A DNA stretch of 38,365 bases from NCBI GenBank assembly GCA_035290485.1, contig DATDUF010000084.1, positions 1 through 38,365 on the forward strand, written 5' to 3'. Below the pieces are notes generated by a model. It ran no database searches, had not been told where the DNA came from, and saw nothing but the letters and a program-made list of their open reading frames with translations. Positions 9,155-17,664 of this stretch are shown one piece after another; position 1 is the first letter of the stretch, and every line of letters starts with the position of its first letter. A program made the translations under genes and the position numbers. The stretch is from Candidatus Nanoarchaeia archaeon (GTDB lineage Archaea > Nanobdellota > Nanobdellia > Woesearchaeales > GW2011-AR9).

Positions 9155-11353
9155 CTATGCGCCTAACTCTCCGGAGCTCAATCCTTTTCTCTGGACGATT
9201 TGGCCTCTGATTTTCTCCTGCAATTCCATTGGCAGTTTCTCAAACATCTGGTCTACCAGAGATGAACTTCCTCGACCTTCTGTTCCGGAACGTAGATCGC
9301 TGCTCCAGCCGATCAATTCTCCGACCGGAAGCTTAGCAATGACTACCACCTGATCTTCTTCCTGGTTCATTTCCAATAATTGTCCTCTTTTGGAAGAAAC
9401 TAATTTGGAAATTTCTCCCGTGTATTCAGTTGGCGCTTCAATTCTCATGATCTGCAATGGTTCGAATAAGACTGGACCTGCTTGCATCATTGCACCTCTG
9501 ATACCTTCGCGTACAGCGGGATACATCTGCGCCGGACCGCGGTGGATAGCGTCTTCGTGCAAAGTACAATCAGTTAAGCTGACTTTGACATTAGTACATG
9601 GTTCTCGAGCTAGAGGACCTTGTTTCATGACATCATCAAACATATCTAAGACTAATTCTAAGATTTCGTTGATGTAGACAATACCTCTGGTCTGATCCAT
9701 GAACATGTTTCCGCCGTAGATAGCCTTGACCATACCTGCAGTCTTAGCGTCCCAGCCGCACTCATCACGAAGGAAAGCAACTAACTCTTCGTCCTTTTTC
9801 CTGAAGCGGCCTTGCGGAACTTTGCTCTCTTTAATTCCCTGAGCAATTATGGGGTCAAGAGGTTCAACTTTAAAGTACAATTTGTTGTGCTTGTTAGGAG
9901 ACTTACCTTCCACTTCTGGGCTGGGTTTGCTGATTGTTTCCCTATATACGACGATAGGCGGTGAAGTTTTGATTTCCACTCCCTTCTCGGTAATGATCCT
10001 GTTTTCAATAATTTCCAGGTGCAATTCTCCCATTCCATGCATTAAGTTCTGACCAGTCTCTTCATTAATTTCAATCTTAACGGAAGGATCTTCCCTACTT
10101 ACTTTCCGTAAAACTTCGATCAGTTTTGGCAGATCAGCTGATTTCTTCGGTTCAATTGCTTTAGTGATAACCGGTTCGAAAATATGCTTTAACTCTTCGA
10201 AAGGTTGTTCTGGTTCTAAAGTGATAGTTTCTCCGGCAAATCCTAAAACTCCGGAAATTGCGAGTACGTTACCAGCAGGAAGAGATTCCATTATTTCTGG
10301 CCTGATACCATTATAGATATAGACGTTTTGGATACGCTGTTTCTGCTTAGCGTTGTTTAAGTACACTTCCATGCCGCTGCGTAGCGTACCAGAAAACAAT
10401 CGTCCGGCAGAGATATCTTTTCCTGAGCGTGGATCAATAACAATACGAGTGATGACAAACGCTACTTTTCCATCAGGGTTAGAGGTCATTAAATCTTTTC
10501 CGAATTGTGATTCAGGATCGCCGTGCCAGATCTTAGGAATTCTGTAAATCTGCGCACTCACTGGATCAGGAAGATGCTTGATAACCATGTCTAAAATTAC
10601 TTCATGTAACGGCGCGTTATTCCAAACCCATTCTTTACGTTCTGCTTCATCCATCTCATAAATTTTAAGAATGTCAGAAAACTTTACATTTTTCTTGTGC
10701 ATGTAAGGGAAGGATAAAGCCCAGTTTTCTCGTGCGCTGCCAAAAGCTACTCCGCCGTCTTGAACATTAACTTTCCATTTTTCTTTGTACTGCTCTTCCG
10801 CAATCCGTTCAACCATATTGTTAAACAGGACTACTAAAGCCATGATTCTTTCTGCAATTTTTTCCGGGCCTAGCTTCAATTCTTTTACCAGGCGATCAAC
10901 TTTATTGATGAATAGAACTGGTTTTACTCTTTCTCGTAAAGCTTGACGAACTACTGTTTCCGTCTGCGGCATGATACCTTCTACCGCGCAAATTAAAACT
11001 ACGGTTCCATCAATAGCTCTCATCGCTCTGGTAACGTTACCACCAAAGTCAACGTGGCCGGGAGTGTCAATCAGGTTAATCAAAAATTCTTGATTGTTAT
11101 ATTCGTGAACCATAGAAACGTTCGCTGCATCTACGGTCATCAATCGTTCCTGCTCATCAGCGTGCTGCCAAGTGGCCATCCCGCCATCTAATTGGCCTGC
11201 GAATTTTGAAGACATCATTCCGGCTGCAGCCATAAGATTATCGGTCATCGCGGTTTTACCGTGGTGAATGTGTGCACTCGTTGCGATATTCCGAATATAT
11301 TTCGGGGTCTGCGCAATCTTCATTACTTTTTCAGCGAATTTTTCTCCTGCCAT
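9155..11353 (-). CDS. fusA: translation elongation factor EF-2
   Basis: 732 aa with AHIHHGKT, DTPGHVDF and NKVD motifs, plus the diphthamide-site context LHEDAIHRGPAQ. Confidence 0.97.
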   Translation of the reverse strand: MAGEKFAEKVMKIAQTPKYIRNIATSAHIHHGKTAMTDNLMAAAGMMSSKFAGQLDGGMATWQHADEQERLMTVDAANVSMVHEYNNQEFLINLIDTPGHVDFGGNVTRAMRAIDGTVVLICAVEGIMPQTETVVRQALRERVKPVLFINKVDRLVKELKLGPEKIAERIMALVVLFNNMVERIAEEQYKEKWKVNVQDGGVAFGSARENWALSFPYMHKKNVKFSDILKIYEMDEAERKEWVWNNAPLHEVILDMVIKHLPDPVSAQIYRIPKIWHGDPESQFGKDLMTSNPDGKVAFVITRIVIDPRSGKDISAGRLFSGTLRSGMEVYLNNAKQKQRIQNVYIYNGIRPEIMESLPAGNVLAISGVLGFAGETITLEPEQPFEELKHIFEPVITKAIEPKKSADLPKLIEVLRKVSREDPSVKIEINEETGQNLMHGMGELHLEIIENRIITEKGVEIKTSPPIVVYRETISKPSPEVEGKSPNKHNKLYFKVEPLDPIIAQGIKESKVPQGRFRKKDEELVAFLRDECGWDAKTAGMVKAIYGGNMFMDQTRGIVYINEILELVLDMFDDVMKQGPLAREPCTNVKVSLTDCTLHEDAIHRGPAQMYPAVREGIRGAMMQAGPVLFEPLQIMRIEAPTEYTGEISKLVSSKRGQLLEMNQEEDQVVVIAKLPVGELIGWSSDLRSGTEGRGSSSLVDQMFEKLPMELQEKIRGQIVQRKGLSSGELGA

Positions 11354-11376
11354 TATGAATTATCCTCCTTGACTCT

Positions 11377-11865
11377 CTAAAACACATGCACTTCTTGTGC
11401 AGTTTTGTATGAATGTAATTCTTTTGCGGTAAACCACAGCGCAATTTCTGTTTTTGCTTCCTCAATATTTCCAGAAGCATGGATTAAGTTTTCAATCGCT
11501 TTATTCTGTCCGTCAGCATCAGCATAACTCATGTGCGCAAAATCGCCGCGAATTGTTCCCGGCAAGGCGCTCTTCGGTTCTGTTCCGCCGACTAACTTGC
11601 GGACCACTTCCACGGCATTTATTCCTTCCAGACATAAAGCCATAACTGGCCCGGTAGTCATGAACTTAAGTAAAACTTGTAAGACTTTTTCTCCTCTTCT
11701 TTGTGCAATATCAGAATAATGTTTTTTGCCAAAAGCTTCGTCGATTAAAACCATCTTAGCGCCGACTACTTTCAGTCCCGCATCTTCAAAACGAGAAATG
11801 ACTCTTCCCATTAATCCGCGCTTGACTGCATCCGGCTTCAGTAAGACTAAGGTTCTTTCGATCAT
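11377..11865 (-). CDS. ndk: nucleoside diphosphate kinase
   Basis: ERTLVLLKPDAV, GTIRGDF and the active-site NLIHASG are all present. Confidence 0.95.
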   Translation of the reverse strand: MIERTLVLLKPDAVKRGLMGRVISRFEDAGLKVVGAKMVLIDEAFGKKHYSDIAQRRGEKVLQVLLKFMTTGPVMALCLEGINAVEVVRKLVGGTEPKSALPGTIRGDFAHMSYADADGQNKAIENLIHASGNIEEAKTEIALWFTAKELHSYKTAQEVHVF

Positions 11866-11891
11866 GTTTTCACCAAATAAAAGATGAAGAG

Positions 11892-12089
11892 CTAATTAGC
11901 TCCTTTACCTTTCTTTCGTTCTGCTCTAGACATTTCTGTCCAAAGAACTTTGGCTGGTTTTCGTTTCAGCTTGAGCAGGTTCTTCTCGCACTTGGTAGAG
12001 CAGAAGTAATCAATCTTTCCACTGTTATAAACCAGCATCTTACCGGTTCCTTTTTCGATTTGATCTCCGCAAAATGTGCATTTAGCCAT
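11892..12089 (-). CDS. rpl24e: 50S ribosomal protein L24e (eL24)
   Basis: MAKCTFCGDQIEKGTGKMLV...YFCSTKCEKN zinc-ribbon signature. I prefer the ATG at 12089 because AGGTGA lies 5 nt upstream. The track start at 12098 is a GTG. Confidence 0.9.
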   Translation of the reverse strand: MAKCTFCGDQIEKGTGKMLVYNSGKIDYFCSTKCEKNLLKLKRKPAKVLWTEMSRAERKKGKGAN

Positions 12090-12094
12090 AATTC

Positions 12095-12454
12095 TCACCT
12101 GCTTCCGCGACCGCTATTACTGCCGCCGCCGCTTCCACTACCGCCTCGGCGATGTCCGCCCATGCGCTGTGCTTCAATTTCTGTTTCTAAAAGTACAAGT
12201 ACATCTCCCATCCGCACCGGACCTTTTACGTTCCGACGGATAGCTTTGTTTTTATCAGGACCTTCCATAATCTGACACATTACTTGAGTCAGTTCTCCGC
12301 GAGTACCGCCGCGAGCAACAATTTCTTTTACTTCTGCTGCGTATCCTTCAGAAAAGCGTACTTCGCCTTCTATACGGACTTCTTCCGCTTTTTCCCGTCG
12401 TGGTTCGCGTTGTTCGGGACCTTTTTTGTCTGGCATATTTTTTCCCATGGTCAT
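12095..12454 (-). CDS. rps28e: 30S ribosomal protein S28e (eS28) with N- and C-terminal extensions
   Basis: The core [26 protein letters not shown]...[24 protein letters not shown] is eS28. It has an extra ~35-aa charged N-terminus and a [21 protein letters not shown] tail. Given the spacing from the AGGTGA element, the ATG at 12448 is an alternative start. Confidence 0.85.
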   Translation of the reverse strand: MTMGKNMPDKKGPEQREPRREKAEEVRIEGEVRFSEGYAAEVKEIVARGGTRGELTQVMCQIMEGPDKNKAIRRNVKGPVRMGDVLVLLETEIEAQRMGGHRRGGSGSGGGSNSGRGSR

Positions 12455-12458
12455 TCAC

Positions 12459-12779
12459 CTATTGAGATTTTGCCAGAGATTCAATTATTGCTTTTGCTTC
12501 TCCTTCTTTAACCACGGCTACAGCTGCGGTTGATACTGCTAGACCTGCTGCTGCACCTAAGTCATCTTTCTTAGAAACTCCGAAGCAAGGGACATTTTTT
12601 TCCTTTGCTAACAGAGGTAGATGCATAATTATTTCTTTCGGAGTTACGTCTTCCGCGTACACTACTAACTTTGCTTGTCCTTTTTCCAAGGCTTTGGTAG
12701 CTTCGTTAGCTCCTTTTCTTATCTTTCCAGATGTTCTGGCAATTTCCACTGCTTCCAATATTTTTGCTTCATCAGCCAT
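12459..12779 (-). CDS. rpl7ae: 50S ribosomal protein L7Ae (eL8 family, K-turn binding)
   Basis: KIRKGANEATKALEKGQAKLVVYAEDV...HLPLLAKEKNVP is the L7Ae/L30e/S12e signature. It is the first gene of the conserved L7Ae-S28e-L24e-ndk operon. Confidence 0.92.
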   Translation of the reverse strand: MADEAKILEAVEIARTSGKIRKGANEATKALEKGQAKLVVYAEDVTPKEIIMHLPLLAKEKNVPCFGVSKKDDLGAAAGLAVSTAAVAVVKEGEAKAIIESLAKSQ

Positions 12780-12839
12780 TTTTTCGACCTCGACTGTTTT
12801 TATTTTGATTATACAACGTCAGAATAACAAGAATCTTGT

Positions 12840-12872
12840 TACCTCGTTGTCTTCTACCACAACTCACTGGTA
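12840..12872 (-). promoter_or_regulatory. candidate K-turn (L7Ae-binding) hairpin in the rpl7ae 5' leader
   Basis: The minus strand reads TACC-AGT-GA-GTTG-(TGGTAGAAGA)-CAAC-GA-GGTA. That gives a 4-bp C stem, a 3-nt bulge, tandem G.A/A.G, and a 4-5 bp NC stem. It lies about 25-30 nt downstream of the TATA at 12896-12903 and about 60 nt upstream of the rpl7ae ATG. Confidence 0.5.
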
Positions 12873-12885
12873 TCTTTTTCTAAAA

Positions 12886-12915
12886 CTGGGGTTTGTTTAT
12901 AAAGATTTCGGGAAA
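12886..12915 (-). promoter_or_regulatory. BRE/TATA promoter module for the rpl7ae operon
   Basis: The minus strand reads CCCGAAATC-TTTATAAA-CAAACCCCAG. It is a near copy of the modules at 9033-9058 and 19083-19108. Confidence 0.5.
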
Positions 12916-12963
12916 GAGAAAGTTTTTCAAAAATAATATAAAGAAACCGGCATATTCCAATAG

Positions 12964-13206
12964 ATGTTAAACCGCATCAAACAAAAACTGGAAGCAGCCT
13001 TTCCGAGAGCAAAAGTGCAGATCGCTGATACCAGCGCTGGCCATGAAACCCACAACTCCAGCGGAGCACATCTGGCGGTACTCATTATATACAAGGGCTT
13101 TGCCGGGAAAAGTTTAGTAGAACAGCATCAGCTGGTCTATGCGGCCTTGAAAGAAGAAATGAGAGAGCAAGTGCACGCTTTGAAAATAAAAACGCGGAGT
13201 GAATAA
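12964..13206 (+). CDS. BolA family protein
   Basis: 80 aa. [36 protein letters not shown] matches the BolA core (H...H..V.S..F.G....RH..V). An ATAATATAAA TATA-like box lies about 25 nt upstream. Confidence 0.8.
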   Translation: MLNRIKQKLEAAFPRAKVQIADTSAGHETHNSSGAHLAVLIIYKGFAGKSLVEQHQLVYAALKEEMREQVHALKIKTRSE

Positions 13207-13517
13207 TGAACCAAGAAATGAAAAAAATAATTGAAGAAAAGATCAACTCGTCTGCAGTATTTTTATTTATGAAAGGCACTCCTGAAAATCCGCAATGTGG
13301 CTTTTCTGCTCAAGTGGTGCAGATTCTCGACGATTTAGGAATAGAATTTGGATCATTCGATATACTTTCCGACGAAAGCATCCGCCAAGGAATCAAGGAA
13401 TACGCCAATTGGCCGACTATCCCTCAACTCTATATTAACGGCAAATTTGTCGGCGGCTGCGATATTGTGCGGGAATTGGCTGCCTCTGGAGAATTGTTGG
13501 AACTCATAACTCAGTAA
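13206..13517 (+). CDS. monothiol glutaredoxin (Grx4/GrxD type, CGFS active site)
   Basis: [36 protein letters not shown]. The start overlaps the bolA stop as TAATG. Confidence 0.9.
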   Translation: MNQEMKKIIEEKINSSAVFLFMKGTPENPQCGFSAQVVQILDDLGIEFGSFDILSDESIRQGIKEYANWPTIPQLYINGKFVGGCDIVRELAASGELLELITQ

Positions 13518-13583
13518 AAAACTTTTCTTCCCTACTCAGAATTCACAAGCTTCTTAAATTGAAAATCATCAAATGTAGTCAAG

Positions 13584-15323
13584 ATGTGTGGTATTGTCGG
13601 CTATATTGGTGAAAAAGAGGCGAATGATCTTCTTATCTCAGGATTAGAAAAGCTCGAGTATCGAGGCTATGATTCTGCCGGTGTGGCGGTTATTTCAAAT
13701 AATAAAATTAACATCAAAAAAAAAAAAGGAAGAGTAGAAAATCTCAAATCATTAGCAAAACTGTCGGGAAAGATCGGCATTGCTCATACTAGGTGGAGCA
13801 CGCATGGCCCGCCTTCCGATCGCAATGCTCATCCTTTTACTGATACAAAAAATCAATTTGCCGTAGTTCATAATGGCATCATTGAGAATTATCTGGAATT
13901 AAAAGAAGAACTACGTAAAGAAGGAGTGCAATTCTCATCAGACACTGATTCAGAAGTGATCGTCCATCTTCTTGCTAAGCATTATCAGGAAACGCAAGAT
14001 CTGAAAGAAGCAATTCTGAAAACTATCAAACGCCTACAGGGAGCATATTCCTTCTGCGTTATCAAAGCTGAAAATCAAGAGATCTTAGCAGCTAGAAATG
14101 GCAGTCCGTTAGTGATTGGATTAGGAAAAAAAGAAAACTTCTTTGCGTCTGATGTTTCGGCCATCATCGAATATACCCGCGATGTGATTTACCTTAATGA
14201 TTTTCAGATCGCCAGAATAACCAAAGACAGCGTGGAAGTCTACAATTTCCAAGGTGATGAAGAACCACTCGATGTACGAGAAGTCAACTGGACGTTGGAA
14301 AAAGCGCAGAAGCAAGGCTACAAGCATTTCATGCTCAAAGAAATTTTCGAACAGCCGGAAGTCGTTAAAGAAACCTTGAAAGTTCCCATTCATCTGCAAA
14401 ATAATTTCTCCCGCATTCTAGTTGTAGCTTGCGGCACCGCCAGCTATGCCAGCTTAGTGGGAAAATACATCATCGAAGAAGTTGCCAAGATTCCGGTCTT
14501 ATATGAAATTGCGTCCGAGTTCAGGTACAAAGAAAATATTCTCAATCATAATGATTTAGTAATAGTGATCTCCCAAAGCGGAGAAACTGCTGACACTCTA
14601 GCTGCCGTCAGGCTAGCTAAAGAAAAAGGCGCTAAGACTTTAGGAATTGTCAACGTCGTAGACAGCACCATTGCTCGAGAAGTAGATGAACGCATCTACA
14701 CTCGCGCCGGACCGGAAATCGGCGTTGCTTCTACCAAAGCTTTCATCTCTCAATTAATTATCATGTACAAACTGGCATTCCATCTTGCCGGAAAAGAATT
14801 TGCCGGAAATGAAATAGAAGCAAAAATCAAAGAAGTTCTTTCCAAGCACGAAGAGATCAAACAGTTAGCAAAAAAATATTATCTCTACCAAAACTTTCTC
14901 TACATCGGCAGAAACAGAAATTTTCCTTTAGCGCTCGAAGGAGCATTGAAACTGAAAGAAATTTCTTACATCCATGCGGAAGCCTATCCCGCTGGCGAGT
15001 TAAAACACGGCCCTATCGCCTTAGTTTCAGAAGAGATGCCGACCCTAGCAGTCTGTCCGCGTGATTCTGTCTATGCCAAAACCTTCAGCAACATCGAAGA
15101 AATCAAAGCCCGGGAAGGAAAAGTAATTACTATCGCTACTGAAGGCGATCAAGAAATAAGAAAAGTTAGCAATGACATTATCTACATTCCCAAAGTTGAC
15201 GAAATTTTGTATCCGTTACTATGCACTATTCCTTTACAGTTGTTTGCCTATTATATTGCCGACATGAAAGAATGTGATGTCGATAAGCCCAGGAATTTGG
15301 CAAAGAGTGTAACGGTTGAGTAG
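13584..15323 (+). CDS. glmS: glutamine--fructose-6-phosphate aminotransferase (isomerising)
   Basis: MCGIVGY is the Ntn amidotransferase start. Two SIS domains are present (SQSGETADT), and the C-terminus is NLAKSVTVE. Confidence 0.95.
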   Translation: MCGIVGYIGEKEANDLLISGLEKLEYRGYDSAGVAVISNNKINIKKKKGRVENLKSLAKLSGKIGIAHTRWSTHGPPSDRNAHPFTDTKNQFAVVHNGIIENYLELKEELRKEGVQFSSDTDSEVIVHLLAKHYQETQDLKEAILKTIKRLQGAYSFCVIKAENQEILAARNGSPLVIGLGKKENFFASDVSAIIEYTRDVIYLNDFQIARITKDSVEVYNFQGDEEPLDVREVNWTLEKAQKQGYKHFMLKEIFEQPEVVKETLKVPIHLQNNFSRILVVACGTASYASLVGKYIIEEVAKIPVLYEIASEFRYKENILNHNDLVIVISQSGETADTLAAVRLAKEKGAKTLGIVNVVDSTIAREVDERIYTRAGPEIGVASTKAFISQLIIMYKLAFHLAGKEFAGNEIEAKIKEVLSKHEEIKQLAKKYYLYQNFLYIGRNRNFPLALEGALKLKEISYIHAEAYPAGELKHGPIALVSEEMPTLAVCPRDSVYAKTFSNIEEIKAREGKVITIATEGDQEIRKVSNDIIYIPKVDEILYPLLCTIPLQLFAYYIADMKECDVDKPRNLAKSVTVE

Positions 15324-15365
15324 AGAGTTAAGAAAATTTAAATATTAGAAATCCTTTTAGTTAAT

Positions 15366-15617
15366 ATGGATGATTTAAACACAAAAATTGAAAAACATTT
15401 TGAGAAGTATAAAATAAATAATTCTGACCAAACCAGTCAAGAGTATTTTTCTGGCGCAGTTAAAATCGCCCTGAACGAATATAATCTTACTGTTTCAGAA
15501 ATTGCAAGCGAATTTGAGGTTGCCAATAGTACAGTAACACGGTGGGCAAGCGGGATAGCCGTTCCACATCCTAAACTTCGGCAAATTATTTTAAGTTATA
15601 TCGCTGAAAAAATCTGA
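15366..15617 (+). CDS. small helix-turn-helix (XRE-like) protein
   Basis: 83 aa. LTVSEIASEFEVANSTVTRWASG looks like an HTH. It is an AT-rich stand-alone gene with a TTTAAATA box upstream. Confidence 0.45.
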   Translation: MDDLNTKIEKHFEKYKINNSDQTSQEYFSGAVKIALNEYNLTVSEIASEFEVANSTVTRWASGIAVPHPKLRQIILSYIAEKI

Positions 15618-15660
15618 TCTTAATTGAAAAGAATAAATAAGAAAAAGAATATAAAAAAAA

Positions 15661-16968
15661 TTAATCCCTTCTTCGAGTCATCTCTCTGGATCTAGGCCGT
15701 GAAGATGAACTTCCACGCGAGTCTCCATAAGAATCTCCTCGTGAACCGCCGTAGGATCTTCCGCGTCCTTGACTGCCACCATGATGGCTGTCCCGGGAAT
15801 GATGTCCAAATCTGCGGTTGAATCCGCCGCTGGAATGCGGTCTGCTGGCATCGAAGGGAACGCGAGCAAATTCCGGTAAAGGCAATTCTTCCACGTTAAG
15901 CCGGTATCTTTTCAGGATTTCGCCAAAGGCTTGATGGTCTCGTTCAGAAAGTAAGGTGATTGCTTTTCCTTCTTTTCCTGCCCGAGCAGTTCTTCCTACC
16001 TTGTGGACATATTCCTGCGGATCCTGGGAAAGATCATAATTAAAGACGTGAGTCACGTCATCAATATGTAATCCTCTTGCGGCAACTGAAGAAGCCACAA
16101 TCAGATCAATTTTTCCTTTGTTAAAATCGCCAATGATGCTTAAGCGCTTGCTCTGGCTTAATTTTCCGTGGATCGCTTCGGAATCAATGCCTTGCTTGTG
16201 CAAGTTTTTAGCCACCATATCGACAGTTGATCTAGCGGAACAGAAAATAATTGCTCTGCCGCGATGTTCAGTTTTCAGGAGATGCACCAATAAGGAAAAT
16301 TTCTGCCGGTAATCAACACTATAATAATATTGTTTTAACAGATCTTCGGTCACATATTGTTCTGCTTCAACAGTCTGCGGCTCATGCATGTATCGCTGTC
16401 GCAATTTATCAATTTCTGTCGAGATAGTAGCGCCAAAGAGTAAGATCTGTCGGTCTCGTGGAGCGGCCTTGAGAACAATTTCTACATCCTCAATGAAACC
16501 CATGTCTACCATTTTATCAGCTTCATCTAAGACAAAAGTGTGCACTCTGCTTACATCTAAAGTCCGCCTATTAAGATGATCAAGAACTCTTCCCGGTGTT
16601 CCCACCATGATTTCTGATCTTGTTAAATCCTGAACTTGCGGCTCTAGAGAAACTCCACCGTAAACAGTAGCAATTCTAAATTTCAAATGCTTTCCAAACT
16701 TTGCTAATTCAGCGGAAATTTGTACTGCTAATTCTCTGGTAGGTGCTAAGACCACTGCTTGCAAACCTTTGCCCGGAATAACTTTCTCCAGCAGCGGAAC
16801 GCCAAAGGCTAACGTTTTTCCTGAACCAGTTTTAGAAATACCGATCAAGTCGATACCTTCCTTGATGATAGGGATAGATTTCTCCTGAATTTGGGTAGCA
16901 TCAGTGATGCCTAGCTCGGTAAGAGCTTTCACTATTTCCGGTCGTATATTTAATTCTTCAAATTTCAT
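15661..16968 (-). CDS. DEAD-box ATP-dependent RNA helicase with Arg/Gly/Ser-rich C-terminal tail
   Basis: It has a Q motif, SKTGSGKT, PTRELA, DEAD, GAT and HKVGRTARAG. The tail is SSGGFNRRFGHHSRDSHHGGSQGRGRSYGGSRGDSYGDSRGSSSSRPRSR. An AGGAG Shine-Dalgarno element precedes the ATG. Confidence 0.92.
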   Translation of the reverse strand: MKFEELNIRPEIVKALTELGITDATQIQEKSIPIIKEGIDLIGISKTGSGKTLAFGVPLLEKVIPGKGLQAVVLAPTRELAVQISAELAKFGKHLKFRIATVYGGVSLEPQVQDLTRSEIMVGTPGRVLDHLNRRTLDVSRVHTFVLDEADKMVDMGFIEDVEIVLKAAPRDRQILLFGATISTEIDKLRQRYMHEPQTVEAEQYVTEDLLKQYYYSVDYRQKFSLLVHLLKTEHRGRAIIFCSARSTVDMVAKNLHKQGIDSEAIHGKLSQSKRLSIIGDFNKGKIDLIVASSVAARGLHIDDVTHVFNYDLSQDPQEYVHKVGRTARAGKEGKAITLLSERDHQAFGEILKRYRLNVEELPLPEFARVPFDASRPHSSGGFNRRFGHHSRDSHHGGSQGRGRSYGGSRGDSYGDSRGSSSSRPRSREMTRRRD

Positions 16969-17127
16969 TTTTTTCTCCTATGGAAGAGAATCGTATACAT
17001 TTATTACACAATTTGAAACAGAATGAGTGTGATATTTTTGTGGAATACTTTACTCCCTGCTTCCGCCTTCCTATATGTTTATGATTAAAAGAGATGTTTT
17101 TTATAAAGGTTACTGAAAATTACTTTT

Positions 17128-17664
17128 CTAACACAACTCTCTTTTCAGCATCTTATGAGCATTATTAATCTCTTTAAATTTCTCAAGATCTCCACCCATA
17201 TCTGGATGCGCTTGTTTAGCCAATGATTTAAAGCTCTTATTGATGATCTCGAGGTCAAAGCAATTCTCTTCCACACCGAGTACTTTCCGCGCTTCTTTTC
17301 GTTGCACTTCCACATCGCGGTCTTCGGCAAAAGCAGCAATAAATTCTTCTGAGCTTTTCTCTCCCCGTACTAAAGCCGCAACTTCCAATTCAATCACTTT
17401 AGAAATTATATACAGATTCTGCACGAAACTTGCTCCGCTGCGAAAACTGAAATACATATGTCGCCCGTCAAAATACCATGAAGCAGCGGCCGGAGCTCTC
17501 ATTCTGGCAATTCGTGGCAGTACTATCTCAGCTTGATCTTCAGAAATACCAATCTTCTGCAAGGTTGCAAAAATAGTATTCTTAAATTGGATCGCTCTGC
17601 GATCATAAGAATCCTTGATGATCATTTCATTAAATTCATGTCCACGTACTGTAATTCGTGCCAT
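17128..17664 (-). CDS. J-domain protein (C-terminal DnaJ domain, unknown N-terminal domain)
   Basis: The C-terminus FKSLAKQAHPDMGGDLEKFKEINNAHKMLK carries the HPD motif. I prefer the ATG at 17664, which forms TAATG with the upstream helicase stop and has GGAG 6 nt upstream. The track start at 17697 would overlap the helicase by 34 nt. Confidence 0.7.
   Translation of the reverse strand: MARITVRGHEFNEMIIKDSYDRRAIQFKNTIFATLQKIGISEDQAEIVLPRIARMRAPAAASWYFDGRHMYFSFRSGASFVQNLYIISKVIELEVAALVRGEKSSEEFIAAFAEDRDVEVQRKEARKVLGVEENCFDLEIINKSFKSLAKQAHPDMGGDLEKFKEINNAHKMLKRELC

Noticed and set aside
12060-12275. 71-aa Pro/Leu-rich plus-strand ORF over the S28e/L24e junction
   Set aside because: It is antisense to two ribosomal protein genes. 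It arises from the GC-rich repetitive codons of the S28e Gly/Arg tail.
12805-12845. Second leader hairpin TAACAAG-ATT-CTTGTTA downstream of the K-turn as an independent regulatory element
   Set aside because: It is a real 7-bp inverted repeat, but it shares two bases with the K-turn C stem and has no recognisable motif. I note it only as possible alternative pairing, not as a separate feature.
13518-13583. Possible glmS ribozyme upstream of glmS
   Set aside because: The spacer is only 66 nt, AT-rich and without the nested pseudoknot core. The ribozyme is also a bacterial feature.
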